A stretch of 64,000 nt of DNA from Candidatus Merdousia gallistercoris (GCA_018713685.1 DVOK01000006.1:62545-126544); one strand, 5' to 3'; positions 49,866 through 59,509 are shown, counted from the first letter of the stretch. The notes: a model not told the origin generated them from the letters alone. Program-made: numbers and translations.

Positions 49866-51254
49866 TCAAAGTAGGAACAGCGCGCCGAGCCCCAAGAATA
49901 TGAAGAATCCGCCGGTGTCGGTGCAGCCGGTTGCAAATATCGACGAGCCTGAAGCGGGGTCGAGCCCGAACTTTTTGAGGGTAAATGGTATAAAACTTCC
50001 CATAAAGCCTCCGAGCGACATATTTATAAGCATCGCTACCCATACTATTATAGAGAAGTCGATTCTCCTTGTGACGACGAGCGCAAGGCATGCGCCCAGA
50101 AGCCCTATCAGCAACCCGTTCAAAAAACCCTTTATCGTTTCGCGTACGCATACGCGCGTCATGTCGAACATTTCCACTTCGCCAAGCGCGATTGAGCGGA
50201 CTGTGACAGCCAGCGTCTGCGCCCCCGTATTTCCGCCGATTCCCGCTATTATAGGCATAAAGACCGCAAGAATCGGCAGCACGGCGATGTCTGCGTCGAA
50301 AACTCCCACCACGGCCGAAGCCACAAATGCCGTGCAAAGGTTTACCAACAGCCACGGAGAACGCTGCCGTATGCTTGAAAAAATCGGGTCGAAGATGCCT
50401 TCGTCGGCGCCCGCGCCAGCCATTTTTTGTATGTCCTCGGTGTTCTCATCGCGCATGATGTCGATTACGTCGTCGTGCGTGATTATCCCCAGAAGTTCTC
50501 CGTCCGAGTCCACGACGGGCAGGGTGTGGAAATTTGTATCGGCCATTATGTGGGCGACTATCTCCTTGTCCATCGTAGGCGCCAGAAGCCCTATCAGCCC
50601 CGTGCGCATTATGTGCCCGACTCTCGCCCCCTTTGGCGCAAGCAGGAGCGCGCGCATCGAAACAACCCCCTGCAAGACGTCGTCGGAGTCCACAACGTAC
50701 AAGTAATAAATATTTTCGTATTCGTCCCGCATTTTTCGCACTGCGCTTATTGCCTCGTCGATAGTCATATCTGCGCGCAGGGTGGCGACGTGCGGATTCA
50801 TTATCGCGCCGGCCGTGTCCTCTGGGTATTCGAGAAGTTCGAGAACGTCTTCCGCGGCTTCGGGCTGCGATTTTTGCATTCCCTTCAAGAGCCTGTCGCG
50901 GTCGTCGTCTTCAAGCTCGCGGACGATGTCGGCGGCGTCGTCGGGCTCCATCTCGTTCAAGACGGACACCGCGCGGTGCTCGCGCATTTCGGAAACGAGC
51001 TCGGCGGACTGTTCGGAGTCCATCTCGGATACGATTTCCGAAACCTGCTCCGGGGCAAAGCGCCTTAAAATCTGGCGCTGGGTATCTACGTCGAGGCGCG
51101 ATAAAAATACGGATAAGATATGCGGGCTTGTGCGCAGGAGGGTTTCGTCGTCGAGCCTGTCAAGCTCCGCATTGTCGGCCATGCTCACCAGATCGTAGAG
51201 CGTATAGCCTTCATCGCGGCGGAGCGCGTCGGCGACTTTTTCTTCCTGTGGCAT
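49866..51254 (-). CDS. mgtE: magnesium transporter MgtE
   Basis: N-domain, tandem CBS ('LPVVDSDGELLGIITHDDVIDI') and a C-terminal 5-TM MgtE domain ('ATGCTDTGGFFIFLGL'). Confidence 0.9.
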   Translation of the reverse strand: MPQEEKVADALRRDEGYTLYDLVSMADNAELDRLDDETLLRTSPHILSVFLSRLDVDTQRQILRRFAPEQVSEIVSEMDSEQSAELVSEMREHRAVSVLNEMEPDDAADIVRELEDDDRDRLLKGMQKSQPEAAEDVLELLEYPEDTAGAIMNPHVATLRADMTIDEAISAVRKMRDEYENIYYLYVVDSDDVLQGVVSMRALLLAPKGARVGHIMRTGLIGLLAPTMDKEIVAHIMADTNFHTLPVVDSDGELLGIITHDDVIDIMRDENTEDIQKMAGAGADEGIFDPIFSSIRQRSPWLLVNLCTAFVASAVVGVFDADIAVLPILAVFMPIIAGIGGNTGAQTLAVTVRSIALGEVEMFDMTRVCVRETIKGFLNGLLIGLLGACLALVVTRRIDFSIIVWVAMLINMSLGGFMGSFIPFTLKKFGLDPASGSSIFATGCTDTGGFFIFLGLGALFLL

Positions 51255-51594
51255 TTATTAAACCTCCGTTAACCGCAAAGTGTAAATATCTGCCGACAAC
51301 TCAATTCTGTTCGGCGGCAAGTTTCAAGTATTTTTCGGCGGGCTGGTATTTTTTTTAAAGCCGCATTTTTGCGTCGGGCGGGCTCGAAAATTTTCTAACC
51401 CGCCCGCAAATTTCTGTCCCTTTCATAAAAAAATTGCGCGCGAAGAGTTTTTGTGAGAGCAAAAAACGTTTTTGAAAGCGCTGTCGGCCGCATATTTAAA
51501 GGCAACTGCTAATAAAATTCTTGAAATTATAAAAAAAATCTACAATTATTACATAGCAAACGAAAACTACCCCACAATAATTTAAAAGGTATTT

Positions 51595-52323
51595 ATGAAT
51601 ACAAGAAAGACATCAAAAGGTTTCACACTCGTAGAATTGCTCATCGTTATAGCGATTATAGGCGTTCTCGCGAGCTTGATTATGCCGAACTTGGGCTCTG
51701 TAATGGGCAAAGGCGACCAGGTTAAGGCTCAAAACGCCGCAAGAAGCATATCCAACGCATGGATAGCCGCCGCCAGAACAGGCACAAAATCGAGAATGAT
51801 AGCCGCTAAAGATATTTACGGCTGGGCGGAAAAACTCGCAAGATACGGCGATATGAACGAGCCTACAATGTGGATACTCGACTTTGACGTAGCAGTCGCC
51901 GAAAAAGCGGCGGAAGGCGCTCCCATGCCGATTTCCGTTATAAACCGCGTCGGGACTTCCTCGCAGCTCAACCCCGAATTTAAAGAATATCCCCTCTCTT
52001 GGGAAGTTGCCAACCGCACCGAGCCCAACGCTCCTTCCGGAACTCCGCTCGTATGGTCGCGCGGTCTCAAACCCAACGGATCTTGGGACGCCACCGACGG
52101 CGTATTTAAAGATGAAGGCGGCATCATGGCTTTCACCGACGGCCACGTCAGCTGGTATGCCTCCATGCGCGATGAAGAATCCCGCACGGGCCTCCTGAAA
52201 ATCTACGGACAAACCCAGCGCACATACAATATCGGGCAGGCTATCCGCGGCGGTTCCGCGAACATTCTCCGCTCCGATATTGAAACTACCGACGAAGAGT
52301 TTGAAGAAGACGAAGAGGAATAA
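51595..52323 (+). CDS. prepilin-type N-terminal methylation domain protein with acidic C-terminal tail
   Basis: 'KGFTLVELLIVIAIIGVLASLIMP' is a class III signal. 'MAFTDGHVSWY' is the C-terminal motif common in PVC pseudopilin-like proteins. The protein ends in 'ETTDEEFEEDEEE'. Confidence 0.75.
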   Translation: MNTRKTSKGFTLVELLIVIAIIGVLASLIMPNLGSVMGKGDQVKAQNAARSISNAWIAAARTGTKSRMIAAKDIYGWAEKLARYGDMNEPTMWILDFDVAVAEKAAEGAPMPISVINRVGTSSQLNPEFKEYPLSWEVANRTEPNAPSGTPLVWSRGLKPNGSWDATDGVFKDEGGIMAFTDGHVSWYASMRDEESRTGLLKIYGQTQRTYNIGQAIRGGSANILRSDIETTDEEFEEDEEE

Positions 52324-52348
52324 TATTCCATTTCAGCCCGAAAATTTT

Positions 52349-52385
52349 ACGCCCGCTGCGCAAACCGCACGGGCGTTTTATTTTG
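52349..52385 (+). terminator. rho-independent terminator after the pilin-like gene
   Basis: Stem ACGCCCG (52349-52355) pairs with CGGGCGT (52370-52376), followed by TTTTATTTT. Confidence 0.6.
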
Positions 52386-52751
52386 TATTGGCAAACCTGA
52401 TTTTTTGAGCCGCAATTTTTGCGAACTGCATAAGCGGCTGTGGCATAATGCCCTATGTTGCGATTTGCGCGATATCTCTTCAAAATTGTATGGGATAGAA
52501 AAGTAAAATTTGCTTCAAATTGTGCAGGGGCAAGTATTCATTTTCAAAGCGTGGGCTTATTCCTCTTGCTTTTGCTTCTATTGCGGCGCAGGGCAAGATT
52601 TCATTAAAAAAACGGGTCGCCTCGTTTCTTGGCATTGCGCTTTTTATGTTGCACAAGCCTTCATTGCCAACGGAGTGATTTTCCTCTCGCATAGGCAATT
52701 TGTGTTTCACTATTCAAAACGCCTTCTTCCCTTGATTTTTATCTAAGGCGT

Positions 52752-54359
52752 CTATACCGAACCCGTTTTCTTCGCGTCAGAGCGCCTCTTTTGCTTGAAG
52801 CTTTTTGGGGTTATGTCGAGGTTGGCTATTTTATAGTTCAAAATTCGCCTTGAAACCGAAAGCTGGCGCGCGGCGGCTGAGGCGTTGCCGCCGTTTGCCG
52901 CGAGAACTTCGACGATTATTTCGCGCTCGAAGTTTTCCACCATCTTTTTGAAGTCGATATTTTCGTCCGCCTTTAATTTTGATGTGTTTGTGGATTGCGG
53001 CGTTTGCAGGGACGGAGGAAGGTCGGACTCTAAAATAGAGGGCCCAGCCGAGATTATTACGGCTCTTTCTATGCAGTTTTCAAGCTCCCTGACGTTGCTC
53101 GGCCAGTGGTATGCGCAAAGCATATTCATCGCGGCGGGGGATATTGATGTTATTTTTTTATTTCTCAGCGCGGAGTGCTTTTGCAGAAAGAATTTTGCGA
53201 GCTGCGGAATGTCGCGCCGCCTTTGGCGCAGGGGGGGGATATTTATGGTGAATACGCTAAGGTGGTAGTAGAAGTCGGGGCGTATTATGCCGTTGCGAAG
53301 CCTTGTTTCGAGGTCGCCGGAGGTGGAGGCGATTATGCGCGCACCCGAGCGGCGGATTTTGGTCTCGGAGCAGCGGGTGTAAGTGCCGTCGGTCATAAAT
53401 TTCAAAAGTTTCACTTGAAGCGGCTGCCCTATTAGCCCCATAGAGTCGAGATAAACTATGCCGCCGTCGGCCTTCTCGACGAGCCCGAGAGTGCTCCTAT
53501 GGGTGGGCGATTGAGAACCGAAAAGAGCCGCGTCTATCAAAGAGTCGCGCATGGTGGAGCAGTCGAGAATCTCGAGCGGTTTGTCGCGCCACATCTTGGC
53601 GTTTGCGATTGCCCTCATAGCAAAGTCCTTCCCCGCGCCGACCTCCCCGCGTATTAGTATGTGCGACGAACTCTCTCCCGCGGCGGAAATAAGCTCGTAC
53701 GCCTTCAACATTGCGGGGCTTGTGCCGATAGCGTTTTCGGGGCGCAATTCTTGGTCTATCCTTTCGCGCAAGTCGCGGTTTTCGGCGTTTAGCTTTTCGT
53801 TTTCCTCCATGTCGAGAAACAGGACGGAAACGGCGTAGGCGATGATGTTGGCGATGGTTTCGAGAAGTTTTAGGTCGCGTTTAAGCTCGTAGGAAGTCGG
53901 GTTTTCGCGGTCGATGCTAAGGGTGCCGATGACGTTGTTTTGGCTTATTATCGGGACGCACAGGAATGCGGTTTTGACGTCCATGTGGCGGCTCCCCGTA
54001 CGGTTTAGAAAATCGGGGCTTTTGGATATGTCCTCAACAATTCTGGAAACGCCCCTCGCCGCGACGTCGCCCGTCACGCCCTCTCCGACCCTGTAAACGC
54101 CCCTTCGCCGCTCCTCCTCGCTCAGCCCGTGGGAGGCTCGTATCACGAGAACGTCCCCGTTTTTTAGGGTGACCGTCCCGCGCGTTAGGTTCATCTGCGC
54201 GTACAAAATGTCCAAAACCTCTTTTAGCAGCATGGACACGTCTTTGACGCGCACTGCCACAAGGCTTATTTCGTGCAGCACTGAAACAACCAGCCCTTTC
54301 TTTTTGTACGCCGTATTGTCGGGCTTTTGTGCCGTGCCTGCGTTGTTTTGTTCGTCCAT
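52752..54359 (-). CDS. GAF-domain, sigma-54-activator-type AAA+ transcriptional regulator with degenerate GAFTGA and Walker B
   Basis: N-terminal GAF domain. AAA+ core with 'GEVGAGKD', 'WPSNVRELENCIERA' and the Fis-type HTH 'NASAAARQLSVSRRILNYKI'. 'LFGSQSPTHRSTLGLVEKADGG' replaces the GAFTGA region, and 'VYLDSMG' replaces 'LFLDEIG'. Confidence 0.8.
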   Translation of the reverse strand: MDEQNNAGTAQKPDNTAYKKKGLVVSVLHEISLVAVRVKDVSMLLKEVLDILYAQMNLTRGTVTLKNGDVLVIRASHGLSEEERRRGVYRVGEGVTGDVAARGVSRIVEDISKSPDFLNRTGSRHMDVKTAFLCVPIISQNNVIGTLSIDRENPTSYELKRDLKLLETIANIIAYAVSVLFLDMEENEKLNAENRDLRERIDQELRPENAIGTSPAMLKAYELISAAGESSSHILIRGEVGAGKDFAMRAIANAKMWRDKPLEILDCSTMRDSLIDAALFGSQSPTHRSTLGLVEKADGGIVYLDSMGLIGQPLQVKLLKFMTDGTYTRCSETKIRRSGARIIASTSGDLETRLRNGIIRPDFYYHLSVFTINIPPLRQRRRDIPQLAKFFLQKHSALRNKKITSISPAAMNMLCAYHWPSNVRELENCIERAVIISAGPSILESDLPPSLQTPQSTNTSKLKADENIDFKKMVENFEREIIVEVLAANGGNASAAARQLSVSRRILNYKIANLDITPKSFKQKRRSDAKKTGSV

Positions 54360-54467
54360 GCGCGTCGGAGATATTTTTGAGATTTATCGGGTATTTTTTC
54401 CGAAACGGCAAATATAATTTTACTTTACAGTTTTTTTTGCGGGATTCTAATTGGGAGCTTTTATTGT

Positions 54468-55313
54468 ATGAAAAAGTATGTGGGAATATTATGCGGGATA
54501 GTGTCGGCAGTTTCGTACGGGACAAATCCGCTTTTCGGAGTTCCGCTGCTGAGGGTCGGATACGGGGTGGAGTCGATGCTGTTCTTCCGATTTTTGGGCG
54601 CGGCCGTTCTGCTTTTGCCCTTCGCGTTCTATTTTGGGCATGGGCTGCGTACGACCCGTTCCGAGGCGGGAGTTTTATTTTTTGTAGGCGTGATTTTTGC
54701 GGTTTCCTCGCTTGCGCTCTACGAGAGTTTTAAGCTTATGCCCGCCGGAATAGCCTCGGCGATACTTTTTTTGTATCCGGTTTTTACCGCTTTGATAATG
54801 GGGGTGTTTTTTAAGGCTCCGATAGGCTGGCGCGCGACGGCGGCAATTGCGGTGTCTTTTTGCGGAATACTGCTGCTTGCGGACTTGCGCGGCGGGAGCG
54901 TATCGGCTTTTGGTATCGGGCTTGTTGTGCTGTCGGCGCTGTCGTATTCGATGTACATGGTCGCTTTAAAAGTCACGCGCCTTGCGGATATGTCCGCGCT
55001 AAAGGTTGCGTTTTACTCGCTCCTCTTTTCGGCCGTTGCGTTTGCGATTTATTTTGCGGCGCGCGCAGGACTGCCGCAAATGCCTAAAAATCTTTCGGAA
55101 TTCTTGTGCGTAGCAGGGCTCATAGTGTTCCCGACTCTCCTTTCAATAACTTTCATAGCATTTGCAGTGAGGTATGCCGGGCCGACAATTACGGCGATTC
55201 TCGGCGGCGGTGTTTTGCGCGCTTTTTCTCGGCGAGAAATTTACGGCGGCGATAGTTTCGGGCATCGGGCTTGTGGTGCTGTCTGTAATTTTGCTCGCTC
55301 TGCCGGAGCGTAA
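54468..55313 (+). CDS. EamA/DMT-family transporter with an apparent frameshift near 55205-55212
   Basis: About 10 TM segments in a two-EamA-repeat layout. The last 35 codons of this frame look non-native. The +1 frame from 55210 reads 'VFCALFLGEKFTAAIVSGIGLVVLSVILLALPERK...' and stops at 55350, 3 nt before the next gene. Confidence 0.6.
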   Translation: MKKYVGILCGIVSAVSYGTNPLFGVPLLRVGYGVESMLFFRFLGAAVLLLPFAFYFGHGLRTTRSEAGVLFFVGVIFAVSSLALYESFKLMPAGIASAILFLYPVFTALIMGVFFKAPIGWRATAAIAVSFCGILLLADLRGGSVSAFGIGLVVLSALSYSMYMVALKVTRLADMSALKVAFYSLLFSAVAFAIYFAARAGLPQMPKNLSEFLCVAGLIVFPTLLSITFIAFAVRYAGPTITAILGGGVLRAFSRREIYGGDSFGHRACGAVCNFARSAGA

Positions 55314-55353
55314 AAACTTGCAAAATAGCCGCATATTGCGAAACTCTTAGAAA

Positions 55354-56391
55354 ATGCTTCCCGAGAACGAAAATCCAATCCGCCGCAAACATGTCGTAGC
55401 CTGCCTCTGGGACTTCGACAAGACTCTTATCGACGGATATATGCAGACCCCTATTTTTGAGGAGTACGGGGTGGACGAAAAGCTGTTTTGGAAAGAGGTG
55501 AACATGCTGCCCGCCCTCTATGCGCAGCGCGGGGTGCGGGTGTCGCCCGAGAGCGTCTATTTAAACCACCTGCTGAGCTTTGTGCGCGCGGGCAAGATGA
55601 GCGGGCTTAGCAATGCTAAGCTGAGGGAGCTTGGCGGTAGGTTAAAATTCCGCGCCGGCTTGCCGCAATTCTTCGACGAACTTCGCGGCATAGTTTCAGA
55701 GCGGGCGGAGCGCGACAACCTCGACGTATCCCTCGAGCACTACATAATAAGCACGGGAATTGCGGAGATGATACGCGGCAGCTCCATAGCGGGGCATGTT
55801 GACGGCATATTCGGGTGCGAATTTGTGGAGGAGCCCCTACCGCCGTATTTCTCGCGCCAGCCTGAATTTGACCTCGCAGATCTATCGCACCAGATAACGC
55901 AGATAGGAATGATAGTTGACAACACGATAAAGACGCGCTTCGTGTTCGAGATAAACAAAGGGACGAATAAAAACCCGCAAATCGACGTAAATTCAAACAT
56001 AGCCGCCGCCGACAGGAGAGTTCCGATACGCAATATGATATACATAGCCGACGGCCCGAGCGACGTTCCCGTGTTTTCCGTGGTCCGCAAGGGCGGGGGA
56101 AAGGCGTACGCCGTGTACTCGCCAGGCAGCCCCGCGGAGTTCAAGCAAAACGACATGCTGCTCGAAAACGGCAGAATCGACGCGTACGGCGCGGCGGATT
56201 TCAGCCCCGAAAGCCCGACGGCGCTATGGCTTAGAATGCACGTCCAAAAGATATGCGACAGAATTTCGCGCGAGGTTGACGAAGCCGTCCAGACGCGGCT
56301 TGGCAAGGCTCCGCGCCACATACACAATCCGCGCCCGCCCGACGAGCCCCCTCAGGCCGCGCGGACAGAGTCGGAGCCGACCCTGTTTTGA
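55354..56391 (+). CDS. HAD-superfamily hydrolase-like protein
   Basis: Motif I 'LWDFDKT', motif II-like 'IISTG' and motif IV 'IADGPSD'. The Pro-rich C-terminal tail and 345-aa length are larger than a minimal HAD. Confidence 0.6.
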   Translation: MLPENENPIRRKHVVACLWDFDKTLIDGYMQTPIFEEYGVDEKLFWKEVNMLPALYAQRGVRVSPESVYLNHLLSFVRAGKMSGLSNAKLRELGGRLKFRAGLPQFFDELRGIVSERAERDNLDVSLEHYIISTGIAEMIRGSSIAGHVDGIFGCEFVEEPLPPYFSRQPEFDLADLSHQITQIGMIVDNTIKTRFVFEINKGTNKNPQIDVNSNIAAADRRVPIRNMIYIADGPSDVPVFSVVRKGGGKAYAVYSPGSPAEFKQNDMLLENGRIDAYGAADFSPESPTALWLRMHVQKICDRISREVDEAVQTRLGKAPRHIHNPRPPDEPPQAARTESEPTLF

Positions 56392-56447
56392 TTTTGCGCT
56401 TGAAGCCCGCGCGGGTTTAGTCAGAATTTTCCGTTAAAGATTTTTTT

Positions 56448-57971
56448 ATGGCACAGCAGAAACGAACCGCAATCCAGCCCACGAGGGAGGAGGATTATCC
56501 CGAATGGTATCAACAGGTAATCAAGGCGGCGGACTTGGCTGAAAACAGCCCCGTCCGCGGCTGCATGGTAATCAAGCCGTGGGGGTATTCCCTTTGGGAA
56601 AATATGCAGGCCGCGCTCGACAAGATGTTTAAAGACACCGGGCACGTCAACGCCTACTTTCCGCTTTTCATTCCCGTAAGCTACCTTGAAAAGGAGGCGG
56701 AGCACGTCGAGGGGTTCGCCAAGGAGTGCGCGGTTGTCACGCACTCGCGCTTGCAGCTGAACGAGGAGGGCAAGCTCGTTCCCGCCTCGGAGCTCGAAGA
56801 GCCGCTAATCGTCCGCCCGACTTCCGAGACTATTATCGGGGAGATGTATTCGAGGTGGGTCCAGTCTTACCGCGACCTTCCAATCCTCATAAACCAGTGG
56901 GCGAATGTCGTTCGGTGGGAAATGCGCACGCGGCTATTTTTGCGCACGGCGGAATTCCTCTGGCAGGAGGGGCATACGGCGCACGCCACCCGCGAAGAAG
57001 CCGAGGTTGAAACCAAAAAAATGCTCGGCGTGTACGAAAAGTTTGCGCAGGAGTACATGGCAATGCCCGTAATATGCGGCAAGAAAACTGAAGGAGAAAA
57101 ATTCCCAGGGGCTGTCGACACATATTGCATAGAGGCCATGATGCAGGATAGAAAAGCCCTGCAAGCTGGAACGTCGCATTTTCTTGGGCAGAATTTTGCG
57201 AAGGCAAGCAACATAAAATACCTTTCCGAGAGCGGCTCGCAGGAGTACGCTTGGACGACGAGCTGGGGAGTCTCGACGCGCCTGATAGGCGGGCTTGTTA
57301 TGACGCATTCCGACGACGACGGGCTTGTGCTGCCCCCGCGCCTCGCCCCGACGCAAGTTGTGATTTTGCCCGTTCTCCACAAGGAGGAGGAGCGCGCGAG
57401 GGTTCTCGAATACTGCGACTCACTGAAAGAGGAGCTGTCGAAAAAGTCGTATATGGGCTTGCCAATCCGCGTGGAAATCGACAAGCGCGACATTCGCGGC
57501 GGCGAGAAAGTTTGGGGTTGGATAAAGAAGGGCGTGCCCGTAAGGGTGGAGGTCGGCCCGCGCGACGTAGCGCAAAATGCGGTTTTCGCAGCGCGCCGCG
57601 ACGACGGCTCAAAGAAGTCGGTCGGCCGCGAGGAATTTGTGGAAACCATCGCCGACACTCTAAAATCCATACAGGACTCGATGTTTGAAAGGGCGAAAAA
57701 ATACCGCGACGAAAACACTGTGGAAATTTCTTCAAAAGACGAATTCTATTCTTTCTTCACCCCGAAAAACCCGAAGAAGCCGGAAATCCACGGAGGTTTT
57801 GCCGTCGCCTATTACGACGGCTCGCGCGAAGTTGAGGAAATGCTTAAAAGCGACTTGAAAGTGACAGTCCGCTGCATTCCGCTCGAAGGCGGAAGCGAAG
57901 GCGGAAAGTGCATATTCACAGGAAAGAGCGGCGCGGGAGTCGTCAAGGCTGTATTTGCCAAGTCTTATTAA
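56448..57971 (+). CDS. proS: proline--tRNA ligase, archaeal/eukaryote-like type
   Basis: 'YPEWYQQVIKAADLAENSPVRGCMVIKPWGYSLWE' and the class II motifs are present. There is no bacterial INS editing insertion. The protein ends in the conserved C-terminal Tyr ('AKSY'). Confidence 0.9.
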   Translation: MAQQKRTAIQPTREEDYPEWYQQVIKAADLAENSPVRGCMVIKPWGYSLWENMQAALDKMFKDTGHVNAYFPLFIPVSYLEKEAEHVEGFAKECAVVTHSRLQLNEEGKLVPASELEEPLIVRPTSETIIGEMYSRWVQSYRDLPILINQWANVVRWEMRTRLFLRTAEFLWQEGHTAHATREEAEVETKKMLGVYEKFAQEYMAMPVICGKKTEGEKFPGAVDTYCIEAMMQDRKALQAGTSHFLGQNFAKASNIKYLSESGSQEYAWTTSWGVSTRLIGGLVMTHSDDDGLVLPPRLAPTQVVILPVLHKEEERARVLEYCDSLKEELSKKSYMGLPIRVEIDKRDIRGGEKVWGWIKKGVPVRVEVGPRDVAQNAVFAARRDDGSKKSVGREEFVETIADTLKSIQDSMFERAKKYRDENTVEISSKDEFYSFFTPKNPKKPEIHGGFAVAYYDGSREVEEMLKSDLKVTVRCIPLEGGSEGGKCIFTGKSGAGVVKAVFAKSY

Positions 57972-58009
57972 TTTTATGCGGCGGCGCCATGTAGCGCGAC
58001 CGTGAAAAC

Positions 58010-58057
58010 CGCGGCAAAATTCGGGCGTTTAGAATCCGGATTTTCGCCGCGTTTTTT
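58010..58057 (+). terminator. rho-independent terminator after proS
   Basis: A long imperfect hairpin pairs GCGGCAAAATTCGG (58010-58023) with CCGGATTTTCGCCGC (58035-58049), followed by T7. Confidence 0.6.
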
Positions 58058-58589
58058 TATTTAAATTCGGCGAAAATTTTTTTGTGCAGGGGTGGAAGAA
58101 AAATGGAGTTTTCCACGAACTGTGCGCAATGCAGGGAAATGCCCAAATTGAGTGCAATGAAAAAATTTTTTCGAGCGGCGCGTATGGCAAAAATTTTCGG
58201 ATTTTGGCGGGGTAAGAAAATTTTTAGATCTTGCGGGTGGCAAAAATTAACCCGACGATTAAAGAAAGAGTGCGGCGCTTTGGAAAGCGTATAGATTTTC
58301 TTCTGTTTTTCTTCGCGGCGCGCGGCGCAAGGCAAGAATCCCCGCTATGGGGCAGAGAAGAAAAATTTTTTATTTTTTTTAACGTAGATATGCGTTTGGG
58401 GAGAGTGTTTTTTTTCGCTTAAAAAACGAATGCGGCGAGCTGTGGAGTGGGAGAATGAATGTACTTATTTTGGGCTTGCCGATAGCAAGAATTTTTCGTA
58501 GAAAAATTGCAGTAAATTCGGGTATTTATCGTGCGCTTGACTTGCAAAATCTGCGGTTGTCGGGCGTTTGCTTTAAATAGGTGTAGATT

Positions 58590-59468
58590 ATGGATTCATT
58601 TTACTTTTGGGAGTTTTTAGCAATACAGGCGGCGCTGATAGGCATATCCATTGCCTGCATATACGTTAGGCGCAACGGATATTTTGGCGTGAGATTTACG
58701 TACACGCTTTCAGATGACGAAATTTGGCGTGCGGTAAATTCGCGCTTCGGAATATTGTTCGCGCCGGTAGCCGCGGCTTTTACGGTCGCGGGGCTCATTT
58801 TCGACGGAGCTCTCAAGGACTGGCAAGCGGCGTTTCTTATTCCGGAAATAGCCATTCTTTGCGCCATATCCGTTTACTCTTACTTTTACGCTAAAAAACT
58901 CTACCTTAAAAAATATCCGAATGTTTCGACATCGCCCATTGTAGCCATAAAAAAAAGTTGCAGAAAATTCGCAAAGTTCGATTTGGCGTTTTTTATATTT
59001 TATATTGTAGTCTGTGTCGCGCTTGTATTGTGGATTTACAATTTATGCCTGCCGTATTGGGACGTGAAAGTTCCAACACACTGGAATGCAAAGGGGGAAA
59101 TCGACGGATATATGGTTATGTCAAAATCGTTCGTATCGGGCATTTTCATATTGTATTCAATGGGCGCGGCGGGGGTATTTATAGGCTTTTTGGTATCGAT
59201 TGTAGGCGGCTGTTCTTTGAAATACTTTTCGCCATTTACTGGGGGAACATCGTTTGGGGTTGCGTTTGCTTTTTTCTGGGCGGGAACGCAATATACAATA
59301 TATAACGCCTATCTAAACGGAGGGAAGTTGGAGCTAATGTCGGGGACATGCGGGGCTCTTATGGTTTTGGCTATTGTATTTTTCGCGCTTTCGGTTGTTT
59401 GTACTTTGGTGTGGTCATGCGCGTATGTAAACAGGTTTAATTCCGCCGCGGCTGTGAAATCTCAATAA
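58590..59468 (+). CDS. polytopic membrane protein (SdpI/DUF1648-like)
   Basis: 292 aa with about 8 TM segments. 'VPTHWNAKGEIDGY' resembles the DUF1648 motif. Confidence 0.5.
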   Translation: MDSFYFWEFLAIQAALIGISIACIYVRRNGYFGVRFTYTLSDDEIWRAVNSRFGILFAPVAAAFTVAGLIFDGALKDWQAAFLIPEIAILCAISVYSYFYAKKLYLKKYPNVSTSPIVAIKKSCRKFAKFDLAFFIFYIVVCVALVLWIYNLCLPYWDVKVPTHWNAKGEIDGYMVMSKSFVSGIFILYSMGAAGVFIGFLVSIVGGCSLKYFSPFTGGTSFGVAFAFFWAGTQYTIYNAYLNGGKLELMSGTCGALMVLAIVFFALSVVCTLVWSCAYVNRFNSAAAVKSQ

Positions 59469-59509
59469 AATGTTGCGCGCCCGCCGTTTGTCGGGTTAAC
59501 ATTTGCGGC

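Noticed and set aside
51255-51594. Possible Mg2+ (M-box) riboswitch or leader upstream of mgtE, including a GGGCGGG...CCCGCCC hairpin around 51378-51407
   Set aside because: I could not recognise the conserved M-box core by eye, and the hairpin lacks a following U-run on the mgtE strand. It would need a covariance-model scan.
56867-57718. 283-aa minus-strand ORF (and nested 106-148-aa ORFs) antisense to proS
   Set aside because: proS is unambiguous on the plus strand. The antisense products are Ser/Arg/Pro-rich with no recognisable features.
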